Below, in pieces: positions 45,632-54,950 of a stretch of DNA of 64,000 bases. Origin of the DNA: Candidatus Latescibacterota bacterium. GTDB lineage: Bacteria; Latescibacterota; UBA2968; GCA-2709665. Each line of letters begins with the position of its first letter. The stretch's first letter is position 1. The stretch is taken from positions 4,032,001-4,096,000 of the forward strand of contig OZ250150.1 in the NCBI GenBank assembly GCA_965237675.1, written 5' to 3'. The notes under the pieces were generated by a model, which saw only the letters and a list, made by a program, of their open reading frames with translations, was not told the origin of the DNA and did no database searches. The position numbers were made by a program, and so were the translations under genes.

Positions 45632-46858
45632 GTGGATTCGATGCAACTGATCGCCAGCTTCTATGTCATCTACACAATCTGCTTGATCTGCCGACACCTG
45701 TACGTAAGGCGGAAGCTTGCCGCGCCCCTGGACAGCCTGCGAACAAGCCATCTGCATTTCGTTCTGATCGGTATGGCCGTGGGTTTCTTCCTGTCCCGCG
45801 AGAGTGACCTGGCGGGGATTGTTGAAGACATACAGACGGGACTGTTGGGCGTCATTCTGGTCTGGTTCGGTATGATTACGGGTCTTCGGTTCGATTTTCG
45901 TCGGCTGGGAAGGCGCGCATCACGCCACTGCACGCTTGAAGGTCTTCAGGTTCTGGGAACGGCCGCCATTGTCTTTCTCCTGGCTTTGTTGTGGAGGCCG
46001 GTGCTACGGTACCAAATGGGCATCACGGCCGATCCCTCCCTGATCGCGCTCTTGCTGGGCACACTGGCAACCACGCTTCGTATGCCGGACCGGATATTCT
46101 ACGTCCGTACGGCGCTTTCCACACCGCCCGTCGAAAATTCGCCGGCGGGCCCGTTCATCACGAATGCAGCCGCAATGACAGTTATGACAGTTCTGTACTC
46201 GTACTGCGCTGGCGGCCCCGTTGTCGAACTGGGGCCCTTCACCATTGTGGGCACTGGCAGCTTCTGGGCGTTACTTGCGTGCGTCGGGATTCTCGTGGGC
46301 CTGTTGCTTACGTTTATCTTCGGCACCTTTCAGGACGATTTCTTGTGCACAGTTATCGCGACGGGCACCGTGGCTACCGTCGGCGGACTCTGCATAGGCA
46401 AGTCGATTCCGGGCGTGGTCGTCGGATTCATCTCGGGCGTATGGTTCATCAATACGACGACACGTCGCCGGGATGCGCTTGAACTTCTGGAAAAAACCAC
46501 GGGTATCCTGCAACCCGTCTTTTTTCTGGTTATAGGTGGCCTGCTTGCAACACAGAACCTCACGGCACTACGATTGACGGCGTTCGCCTTTTTGTTCCTG
46601 GTTGCCAGAAGTCTGGCGAGGGGAATCAGCCTGACGGTAGCTGCCCGTCTGACCCGCTGCCATCTTTCACTAACGGAAATTATCGGCTCGGCGCTCAGGC
46701 CCCTCGGGACGTTGTCGGTGGCTCTGGCAGCCCAGCTTGTCCTTCTGGATTCAGGGCCAAACCGCTACGCCCTGATCGCCGCGGTTCTGGTTGCAACCGC
46801 GATAGGTCAGGTGATACCTTTGCCCAAACCCCGCGAAGTTTCCGCCCCGAGCACGTAA
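45632..46858 (+). CDS. Polytopic membrane protein, possibly a divergent cation:proton antiporter (CPA2-like)
   Basis: About 12 hydrophobic segments; GMITGLRFD and PVFFLVIG resemble CPA2 motifs. The family is an inference. Confidence 0.55.
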   Translation: MDSMQLIASFYVIYTICLICRHLYVRRKLAAPLDSLRTSHLHFVLIGMAVGFFLSRESDLAGIVEDIQTGLLGVILVWFGMITGLRFDFRRLGRRASRHCTLEGLQVLGTAAIVFLLALLWRPVLRYQMGITADPSLIALLLGTLATTLRMPDRIFYVRTALSTPPVENSPAGPFITNAAAMTVMTVLYSYCAGGPVVELGPFTIVGTGSFWALLACVGILVGLLLTFIFGTFQDDFLCTVIATGTVATVGGLCIGKSIPGVVVGFISGVWFINTTTRRRDALELLEKTTGILQPVFFLVIGGLLATQNLTALRLTAFAFLFLVARSLARGISLTVAARLTRCHLSLTEIIGSALRPLGTLSVALAAQLVLLDSGPNRYALIAAVLVATAIGQVIPLPKPREVSAPST

Positions 46859-46882
46859 ACCACAACGAACGGAAGGCACTGA

Positions 46883-48067
46883 ATGAGGCGGTTTCTGATC
46901 TGCGTCATTTTATGTGCGGTTGTCTGGGGAGTCCAACGGGACTCTCCGGATTCGATCCAGCCCGTGGTATACGTCGGCCTAATGCTGATAGTACCGTTAA
47001 TCCTGGCAACCACGCTGACCGGGTTCGGGTTTCCTGTCCACGTGATACCCCTTGTACTGGGATTTCTCGCCGGCGGTTCCGGAATACGGGACACCGGCGC
47101 CTTCATTGCAACAGCGCCGGTTGCGGAACTCGCACAGGTCTGGGTCGGCCTGTATCTCGGAGCGAGTTTTTCATATCATCGGTTCTTCAGCAAGAATCTT
47201 GGAAGGGCCGCATTGCTTTCCGTAGCGGTAACGCTGGTCCCGGCTTCGTTAACGTTTATGTTATTTCTGGATTTTTCGGCCGTCCAGGCATTTCGACTGG
47301 GTCTGCTTGCTGCTCTGGCCGGCCCGATGTTCACGCTTATCTCTCAACCGGACAGACGAGAGTCCCTGTCCTTTTCGCTCCTGGTTACGATGTTGGGGCT
47401 GTCGCTCTGGTTCCTCTCTGATCTCATCCTGCGCACACCCGGCCTCTACCGGGCCGTACCGTCGGCAATCATCTGGGCGGTGGGCGTAGAACTGATTTTC
47501 AGGATTACGCACAAGGTCAGAACCAGATATGGCGGGCAGCTCCTGTTCGGCGCGATTGTCGCGACGCTTTTCTTTTGCGCACGGGTGATGCACATATCTC
47601 CGCTATTTCTGGCGCTCGCGACCGGCGTGGGAGTCTCTGCCCGATCTGTGAAGACCGGATATTCCCTGCAGGCGATGCAACCCCTTTCGGTCCCGCTTTC
47701 GCACTTTGTACTCACTTATTTTGTGGCGAGCCTGGACCTTTCGGGCTTATTGAACCTCTCGGCGTTTCATTGGAAACTTCTGGTCATCTACGCGGGAGCA
47801 ATGCTTGCCGGCAAGGCTGCCGGCGGTTTTTCGGCCGGGCGTTTCGCTTCTCTATACGTACGTGACTGGTCACAGATTCTCCCTCAAGGCTTTTTTGTTT
47901 TCGTGCTTTTGCCCCAGGTGTTTTCCCCCCAGATGGAACCGGCCGTGCGCGACGGGCTGAGCGCCGGCGTGGTTCTGCTTTGCGGCATCGCCATCCCTAT
48001 GCTGTTGACGCCCGTTCTCTTCATGTACGAACAACTTAGCCGCAGGCGCATTCAAACCTCCACTTAG
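46883..48067 (+). CDS. Polytopic membrane protein, possibly the second subunit of a CPA2-like pair
   Basis: About 12 hydrophobic segments; LGFLAG, SPLFLALATG, GKAAGG. Confidence 0.55.
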   Translation: MRRFLICVILCAVVWGVQRDSPDSIQPVVYVGLMLIVPLILATTLTGFGFPVHVIPLVLGFLAGGSGIRDTGAFIATAPVAELAQVWVGLYLGASFSYHRFFSKNLGRAALLSVAVTLVPASLTFMLFLDFSAVQAFRLGLLAALAGPMFTLISQPDRRESLSFSLLVTMLGLSLWFLSDLILRTPGLYRAVPSAIIWAVGVELIFRITHKVRTRYGGQLLFGAIVATLFFCARVMHISPLFLALATGVGVSARSVKTGYSLQAMQPLSVPLSHFVLTYFVASLDLSGLLNLSAFHWKLLVIYAGAMLAGKAAGGFSAGRFASLYVRDWSQILPQGFFVFVLLPQVFSPQMEPAVRDGLSAGVVLLCGIAIPMLLTPVLFMYEQLSRRRIQTST

Positions 48068-48123
48068 TTTCTGGGTTCGATATAAAAAACCCGGCCCACA
48101 GGCGGGATGGCCAATTCTCCCCA

Positions 48124-48344
48124 TTGCTCTGTCCCGGAAACAGATTGCCGAAATGCGACCGACGAGTCGCCCGGCTCGCAAGGCGCCTGCGATCTGCCGA
48201 AGGTCGGCGAGCGCGGTTCGACAAGCTCAACGCAGGCAACGGACGCTACGCAGCGAGGCGGGATGAACCGGCGCCTGCCTGTGCGTACAGCCTCACGCAC
48301 GCAGATGCAGGAAAGAACGGCGGTATATTTCTGGGACAGGACAC
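48124..48344. mobile_element. MITE / structured repeat, copy 2 (221 bp, inverted relative to copy 1)
   Basis: Reverse complement of 28121-28311 plus a ~30-bp insert containing TTCGACAAGCTCA; right TIR reads GTGTCCTGTCCCAGAAATA. Confidence 0.8.
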
Positions 48345-48381
48345 GAGAGCGGCGAAACCAGGGACGGTTGTGTACCGATAT

Positions 48382-49629
48382 CTATTTTAACCAGCCAGAC
48401 AAGGAGAACGTCTGCATTACAAAACGCTCCGAAGCCCCATGTCTGGCCACGTCACCTCTTTTGCCAAACTCAATTACGTAACGAAAACTGCCCGTGCCAC
48501 GTTTTTCGAAAGGCAGTGCCATACCCAGACTCACGCCCACCTCGCCGATCTGAGAATCTCCGGCTGTCTTGAAGTAAAGCGACCGATAGTATCCACCTGC
48601 CGTCAGTTCGATTCGTCGATGCGTACTGCGCGAATCCGGGTCGCCCGTCCTGTAGAGGACGCCTCCGGCCAATTCGGTTGTATTGTAGCGGCCAGACTCG
48701 GTTTTTTCCCAGAACGCCCGCTCGACGTCCAGCGCCGCCATCCAGCGATAACCCGACCGGTATGCCAGCCCCACGCCGATACTTGCCGGCAGATGCACAT
48801 CCAGCGTTGTCCGGGTCTCCTCTTCGAACCCCAATTCCGCGAAGAAATTGCGCAAAATCCGTGTCTGGGTGACGGTCGATGCAGCCCGGAACGCGGCCCC
48901 GACGAACCATTTTCCGCCCCCGGTATATACTGCGCCAAGCGAGGGCTGCGCGCCGCTGTGCGTCCGTACGTATCGATCCTCGCTGTTCAGGTATTCGGGA
49001 ATCTGGCGGTTATTGGCATCCACCAAAAAAGTCCCTGCGGATCCATCCTTCCCGTCCGAACCGAAATCTTTCGTCCACGTCTCGTTGATGGTCCCGATTG
49101 TAATGACACTCAGGCTCCCGCCCAATAGCATACCACCCCACCTGCGCGCAAGCCCGAAAGAGAACGCCTGGATGCCGCCCGTGGCATTGACCCGCAACGT
49201 GTAGGGAACGGCATGGGTGCTGTCGGCGCCGACAAGGTCGAAATCAAGGTCGGTTAACGGCTCCAGGCCCACTCCCAGGACCGTACCGTGCAGAACGGGC
49301 AACACGACCTGGAATGCGCCGATATCGCCGTCTGAAACCACGTGCCGATTCCGACCGTCATCGAGGGTACGGCGTTGCAGAAAGAAGCGACTCTGCAAAC
49401 CGGCGCGCGAAAACGCAGCCAGGAGCGCAGGATTTGCCGAACTGAAATTCTGGCTGTCCGCAAGCGCACGCCCGGCGCCTCCCATTCCCCGTGCCCGCAC
49501 GTCGACACGGCGTTCGGAATCGCCGACGCCATTAAAGGAAAAGATGGATTTCGCAAAGGGCGAATCCACCAGCGCACCGAGCACGAGAAAACAAACGATC
49601 GGAACTGAAACGCGACGGAAATGGTTCAC
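48382..49629 (-). CDS. Outer-membrane beta-barrel, FadL/OmpP1-like
   Basis: Signal peptide, ARGMGG...NPALL hatch motif, amphipathic strands, aromatic C-terminus. Confidence 0.7.
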   Translation of the reverse strand: MNHFRRVSVPIVCFLVLGALVDSPFAKSIFSFNGVGDSERRVDVRARGMGGAGRALADSQNFSSANPALLAAFSRAGLQSRFFLQRRTLDDGRNRHVVSDGDIGAFQVVLPVLHGTVLGVGLEPLTDLDFDLVGADSTHAVPYTLRVNATGGIQAFSFGLARRWGGMLLGGSLSVITIGTINETWTKDFGSDGKDGSAGTFLVDANNRQIPEYLNSEDRYVRTHSGAQPSLGAVYTGGGKWFVGAAFRAASTVTQTRILRNFFAELGFEEETRTTLDVHLPASIGVGLAYRSGYRWMAALDVERAFWEKTESGRYNTTELAGGVLYRTGDPDSRSTHRRIELTAGGYYRSLYFKTAGDSQIGEVGVSLGMALPFEKRGTGSFRYVIEFGKRGDVARHGASERFVMQTFSLSGWLK

Positions 49630-49653
49630 ATTCTTCCTCGAAAAGAAGTGTTT

Positions 49654-50823
49654 CTACGGATCGGGCGGGGTTGAATAGATCAACTTCAACATCGGATTGT
49701 GGAACACAACCCAGTTGATCTCCCAATTTTGGAGATCCTCTATCGGGGTGCTCAGGGCCATGCCGAAGTTACGCGTGGTCCCGGACATCCACCCTTGGAC
49801 GACGGTCTGGTCCAGGGCATAGGACGCCACTTGCTCCTCAAACTGCCACGTATTCACAAGGGAAAAAGTCGTGTCTCCCGTAGCCGAATTGATGTTGATC
49901 CGTTCGACTGAAAACGTAAACTCGCCGAACATCGATTGCGACCGATCATAATTCAGCCGCAACTCCGAAAACGTAACCGTCGCTCCCGTTGGAATGCTAT
50001 CGGGAAGGTCAAAGCGAAACACGGGGCTCAGTCGAACGGTAGTCGCGAGCACCAGCATCCCGGGTTCGGGCCCGTCCCGCGCCGCCCAGTACGTATCTTC
50101 CGATACATCCGCGACATGCGTGTAGGTGTTTCCGTCGACGGAATACGTCAAATGGAGTTCCGGCAGTGCATTGACGTTGCCGGGCAGTGAATCGTCTCGG
50201 GAGACCAGACTCGCGAAAAACTCAGCGCCGGCCGCCGGCTGCAGCAGTACATCCACCTCTGCGTTGTCGGAATTCTCCAGTATGGCCGAGGTAACGTACC
50301 CAGGAGGGAGATCGATCTGGATCAGGCTGTCCCCCAGAACCGTCGCGGTCGCTCCGGCGATTGCGGCGGACGCGAAATCGATCGCGGTGTGTCTGAGTGT
50401 ATCGACAAACTGATTCGCCTCACTCCACGCCTGTTCCGGACGGTGTACCTCAAGTTCTTCCAATCCTCTGGTGGGCGCACGTTTCCGGATCCGCATTTGA
50501 ACGGAATGTACGACCAGTTTCCCCCCGTCGGCGCCCGCCGCCGCCGAAACCAGGGAATCAGCATCCAGCCGGACCCGAATCAGTGAGCGAAACACGAGAC
50601 CGCCCATCCGTCCAACCATCAATTGTTCGTCGGTACCGAATCCACGACTAAAAGTACCTTCGAACCGGGTTGAACCGCCCTGGGAAGGCAGCAAGGGGAG
50701 TTCCACGACCCGCCCCTGCCCACGAGTAATCAGATCGGATCCGATCGGATTCTCCTCACTATTGCCGCAGCCAGTTAACGACGCCGCAACTAGCATTAAT
50801 ATCAAGAGCGGCCGGCGATCCAT
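49654..50823 (-). CDS. Hypothetical lipoprotein (DUF4270-like)
   Basis: Lipobox LTGC followed by ENPIGSDL; beta-rich; ends PMLKLIYS. Confidence 0.6.
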   Translation of the reverse strand: MDRRPLLILMLVAASLTGCGNSEENPIGSDLITRGQGRVVELPLLPSQGGSTRFEGTFSRGFGTDEQLMVGRMGGLVFRSLIRVRLDADSLVSAAAGADGGKLVVHSVQMRIRKRAPTRGLEELEVHRPEQAWSEANQFVDTLRHTAIDFASAAIAGATATVLGDSLIQIDLPPGYVTSAILENSDNAEVDVLLQPAAGAEFFASLVSRDDSLPGNVNALPELHLTYSVDGNTYTHVADVSEDTYWAARDGPEPGMLVLATTVRLSPVFRFDLPDSIPTGATVTFSELRLNYDRSQSMFGEFTFSVERININSATGDTTFSLVNTWQFEEQVASYALDQTVVQGWMSGTTRNFGMALSTPIEDLQNWEINWVVFHNPMLKLIYSTPPDP

Positions 50824-50954
50824 AAGTTTACTCTCCCGGTTCGACTTTATTCCCTTCATCCTGTAACGCCCAATTCACCAGATCGTTCCTGCCTGAATGC
50901 GTCCGGGTGCGAATAACCCGTTGAAGATCCCCGTGATTCAATCGCGAAAAAGAC

Positions 50955-51479
50955 TCAATGCAACTGTTTAATCAAGATGTCGGCGTGTTGCTCACCCGCG
51001 GCAATTGGATTCTTTATGCACGCACCCTCCATATCGCCGGTTTGGGCACCTACGAAACCGTCCTGGTCGATTTTGGCTACCATATACATCTCGGGAATCT
51101 CCGCCAGCACGATTCCTTCTCCGAACATCCGTGCGACATCCGCCTGCGTGAGGGTATACTGGTACGGTAGCGCGGGCATGGGAATGCGTTTCAGGGCGTA
51201 CGGCGGGCCTCCATCGGCCCTCTCTCTCGCAATGATAAACAGATAGGCGCCCGCCGGGATCCCGTACCTTAGCTCTTGCTTAATCCGGACGGTGCCCCGA
51301 ACCGTTTTTTCGCCCGGTCCTTCCGGCTCCCGGCTGGATGTCGTTATTGGAGGATGCCCCGCCGGGAGCTCGGGCTGCTGCCGTTTCGGCGGTGGATGCG
51401 CGCCCTCCTTGTAGTGTCGATCGCAAGCGCAAATAAGCAGAAGCCCGACGAAAGCACTCAGGAAACGTGTGATAAACAT
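50955..51479 (-). CDS. Lipoprotein resembling the CcmI/CycH C-terminal periplasmic domain
   Basis: Lipobox ICAC, LPAGHPPI motif, LFIIAR...GPP.A.KR...LP...LT...AKIDQDG...GD.EG pattern. Confidence 0.6.
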   Translation of the reverse strand: MFITRFLSAFVGLLLICACDRHYKEGAHPPPKRQQPELPAGHPPITTSSREPEGPGEKTVRGTVRIKQELRYGIPAGAYLFIIARERADGGPPYALKRIPMPALPYQYTLTQADVARMFGEGIVLAEIPEMYMVAKIDQDGFVGAQTGDMEGACIKNPIAAGEQHADILIKQLH

Positions 51480-51555
51480 AGCCTGTAAATATTTAACAAA
51501 AAAATGGACCGGACTCGCACAAGCCGGACCGGAGATGCCTGATGTGAATTTTATT

Positions 51556-52335
51556 TCAATGGGCGCACTCCCCGTTGAAGATTTCCTCTTCGGTCATGGT
51601 CAGAAGCGCCGGTTCGTCATCGGTTACAGCCACGACGTGCTCAAAATGCGCCGAAGGCAATCCATCTCTGGCCGACGCGGTCCACCCGTCGCCGGCGAGC
51701 ACGACCTCGGGCCGGCCGAGGTTCACCATCGGCTCGATCGCAATTACGATTCCCCGCCGGAGCCGTGGATTCTTGTCCACCGGCACATAATTCGGCACTG
51801 CGGGGTCTTCATGCAGCCTGCGACCGATACCGTGCCCCACAAACTGGCGCACAACCGAAAAACCGTGTGACTCCACCCACTGCTGGATGGACCCGCATAT
51901 GTCCTCCAGCCGTCGGCCCTCCTGCGCCCCTTCGATGCCTTTGAACAGTGACTCCCTGGTTACCGTTATCAACCTCCTCACCGTGGGCGTCACTTCGCCT
52001 ATGGCAAATGAGATCGCCTGGTCGCCGTAATACCCCTTTAACCTGGCGCCTATGTCGATGCTGACAAGGTCGCCGTCACGCAGTTCCCGGTCTCCCGGGA
52101 TCCCATGGACGACCTGTTCGTTGACTGAAATACACGTAGCCGCAGGATACCCGTGGTATCCCTTAAAAGCCGGAGACGCGCCGTGGTCGCGAATCATTTC
52201 CTCGGCGACCCGGTCCAGCCTGGAAGTCGGGACTCCCGGTCTGACCCACTCCCGAAGGGCCCGATGTGCAAGCCCGACAATCCGACAGGCGTCCCGGATT
52301 CTCTCCAGTTCCCGTTCCGAGCGAAGCGCAATCAA
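51556..52335 (-). CDS. map: Type I methionyl aminopeptidase
   Basis: CISVNEQVVHGIP, SIDIG, GD, GHGIG..LHEDP, AIEPM, SAHFEH; TTG start. Confidence 0.97.
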   Translation of the reverse strand: MIALRSERELERIRDACRIVGLAHRALREWVRPGVPTSRLDRVAEEMIRDHGASPAFKGYHGYPAATCISVNEQVVHGIPGDRELRDGDLVSIDIGARLKGYYGDQAISFAIGEVTPTVRRLITVTRESLFKGIEGAQEGRRLEDICGSIQQWVESHGFSVVRQFVGHGIGRRLHEDPAVPNYVPVDKNPRLRRGIVIAIEPMVNLGRPEVVLAGDGWTASARDGLPSAHFEHVVAVTDDEPALLTMTEEEIFNGECAH

Positions 52336-52455
52336 TCGGTCACCTGTAACTGTTGTGGACGCCGTTCGTGGTCAAGGAATCTAATTTAACAAAAAGGTGT
52401 ATAAAAACAAACACTAAAGGGTTCCAATCCGGATCGGCTGGTTCCGGCGGGATCT

Positions 52456-54888
52456 TTACGGGAGGCCGAAATAAATCGCAAAGATCAGGAAATCCCGAAA
52501 GTCGACACGACCCATGCCGTCCAGATTGAATTTCGGGTTCTCCGTACCGAACGCCACGGCGAAGGCAACGAAATCGGCAAAATTGACGGCGCCGTCGTTG
52601 TTGAAGTCCCCCTTCAATGTCTTGCTAACCGTCCATAGCCACGCGACCGTCTTCGGCCCTGCCGATACGAGGACGGCAACCTCATCATCCGCTTCCGTCG
52701 TGGAAACCGAGTAGAGGAGAGACGGACCCTCCTCATCCACGGGAGCCGCGTTAACGGACCAGGCGTAACTCAGCGTATCGCCGTCCGGATCCAGGGCCTT
52801 CACCGAAAAGCGCATCGTATCCCCCGGCGCGCCAAATACCACTCCGCGAGACGGATCGGCCTCCCGAATCGCGGGCGGACGGTCGACGTTCGATACGCGG
52901 ATGCTTACCGTGATGCGTACCTGGTTTACGCCGTCGCTGACACTGAATTGTATCTCGTACGTCCGGTTGCCCTGATCGTAGCGAGGCGTCCAGGAAAAAC
53001 GGTTCTCATCGAACGTCGCGCCGGCCGGCAGGTTCGCCGCAGTAAAGAAAAGCTCGTCGCTATCCTTATCTTCCGCCTCTATAAAAATTCCCAGTGGCCG
53101 CCCTTCTTCTATCGTCGTATCCGTAATCGCGGAGACAATCGGCGGCAGGTTCCCCGTTTCGGTCTGACCGAAGACCACCCAGGCGAGTGAAGGCGTCGTG
53201 CCTGCCGCCTTTGCGGATACCTCCACAACACTCGTGCCCTCCCCCACCGCCACGATTTCGATCAAATCCGCCTGAGTTGTAAACGATGAGAGGTCGACAT
53301 GGCTAGGCACGGTGACCATCATATCGCCGTTTGTGCGTCTGACCGTCCAGGTCACCGCCGCGCCTTCAGCCCCGCCCGCGCGCACCCTCGCCCGGTCTGC
53401 AAATCCCGGGAGGCGCACAATGGGAACCCTGCTTTCGTTCACCGACAGCCTGAGCGGTAGGGTGTTCCCATCTGCCGACTCTATCGCCGAGATCGCAAAT
53501 TGATATTCAAACGCGCGCCCTTCCAGCGTATCTGAAATGGGTAGAAAAACAATCCTGTCGTAACGTCCCGCGTCGGGGATATCCAGCCTGGAACGGGCCG
53601 GGCTCAGCAGGCCAACTCCGTCGCTCTCGATCAGCAATGCCCAGAACTGCCAGCTTCCCTCCCCGCCCAGGGTGAAATCGGCTCTCAGGCCGCCCTGCAA
53701 TCCCTTCGTCACCACCTGAATGTAGTCCGAAGCCAGATGATCTACCGTACCGGACCCGGAAGCCTGGCCGCCCACCGTGGGTGCAACCGTTCTGACCGAC
53801 GCCGCGGGCTGATAGAAGGCGCCCTCTCCGTAAAACCCGTCTCGATACCGGTTTCCCGTGAAATAGTTCCAGGTGGCGTAACCCGCAAGCGTCCCGGAAA
53901 AACCGCCGGTTGGCATTGCCACGTTCAGGCTGTTGATTTGGTACTTTTCCGAATTCCGCTCGCCGAGTCCCTCCCAGCTGTCTCGAATGGTTTTCGGGCC
54001 GTAGACCTGATCCAGGAAGTGCGCATACAGTGACGCTCCATACTGATGACCGTCTTGCAGAGTGGGCTGCGAATCGAGGGAAGCCGTGGGGGAACCCAGA
54101 ACGAACTGGGTATATTGAAAATAGTCGTTCACATCGTCGTAAGCCACATCTTCCATCCAGGTTGCCGTGGCTTCGTGCCACCAAGTCAAATACCGTGCAT
54201 TGTAAGCGAATTGTATGGCATGGAAGAACTCGTGCGCGACGGTTACGTGCAGCCCATCCAACCCGCGGGTCGCGTAGATTCGATCTGTGTAGTTGTTGTC
54301 GACCGTTAAATAGGCGGCCGTCACCGGGTCCCCGAGACTGTTGGGCCAGGTCTGCCCGTACACACCCCTCGTGCCCAGTTGCTGGATGTAGACATCGAAC
54401 AGCCCGTCGCCGTCGTCCAGCGGAACCCGGTACCCGAGGTCGCCGATCTGAAGCGCCCAGGCGGCATCGAACGTCTTCGCCACCTCCTCTACATAGTCTG
54501 GAACTCGATTCCGGTCGGCGTCGGTCAGCGCCACGGCATGCGGTCCACTCGTGTCGTAGTGGACGCGGAAATACCCACCGGGAGAGACGATGCTGTCCTG
54601 CATGGCGGGTCTTTGGAGCAGAATCGCAAACGTTCGCTGCGTATTCTCGCTCAACATGGGCCACTGGGTGGCCAGAGCCATAATTACGGGTGTTCCGCAA
54701 ACCGCGCGGTCGTGGAGATAGGGACTGTCCGCGGGTAGTAGATCAGGCCTGAAAATCGCAGCCGCCCGGTTGAAGAGTTCAGCCTCCAGTTCCGGCGGCA
54801 TTGGAGACAGATCGGGCGGCGCCTTGGCGTATACCACGACTCCGCCCATGAGGTATGAGAGTATGAAGACACGAATTGGCCAGGTCAT
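52456..54888 (-). CDS. Secreted MXAN_6640-type zinc metalloprotease with Ig-like domains and a C-terminal dockerin-like double EF-hand
   Basis: FRVHY, HEFFHAIQFAY...EATATWME; Ig/cadherin-like FSWTP and DPDGDTLSY; GDFNNDGAVNFADF...LDGMGRVDFRDF. Confidence 0.82.
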   Translation of the reverse strand: MTWPIRVFILSYLMGGVVVYAKAPPDLSPMPPELEAELFNRAAAIFRPDLLPADSPYLHDRAVCGTPVIMALATQWPMLSENTQRTFAILLQRPAMQDSIVSPGGYFRVHYDTSGPHAVALTDADRNRVPDYVEEVAKTFDAAWALQIGDLGYRVPLDDGDGLFDVYIQQLGTRGVYGQTWPNSLGDPVTAAYLTVDNNYTDRIYATRGLDGLHVTVAHEFFHAIQFAYNARYLTWWHEATATWMEDVAYDDVNDYFQYTQFVLGSPTASLDSQPTLQDGHQYGASLYAHFLDQVYGPKTIRDSWEGLGERNSEKYQINSLNVAMPTGGFSGTLAGYATWNYFTGNRYRDGFYGEGAFYQPAASVRTVAPTVGGQASGSGTVDHLASDYIQVVTKGLQGGLRADFTLGGEGSWQFWALLIESDGVGLLSPARSRLDIPDAGRYDRIVFLPISDTLEGRAFEYQFAISAIESADGNTLPLRLSVNESRVPIVRLPGFADRARVRAGGAEGAAVTWTVRRTNGDMMVTVPSHVDLSSFTTQADLIEIVAVGEGTSVVEVSAKAAGTTPSLAWVVFGQTETGNLPPIVSAITDTTIEEGRPLGIFIEAEDKDSDELFFTAANLPAGATFDENRFSWTPRYDQGNRTYEIQFSVSDGVNQVRITVSIRVSNVDRPPAIREADPSRGVVFGAPGDTMRFSVKALDPDGDTLSYAWSVNAAPVDEEGPSLLYSVSTTEADDEVAVLVSAGPKTVAWLWTVSKTLKGDFNNDGAVNFADFVAFAVAFGTENPKFNLDGMGRVDFRDFLIFAIYFGLP

Positions 54889-54950
54889 TATGAAATACCC
54901 GGCGGCGCACCGACACGGGCCGGCCCAGCGATGGCGTTGTAACGGCGAAA

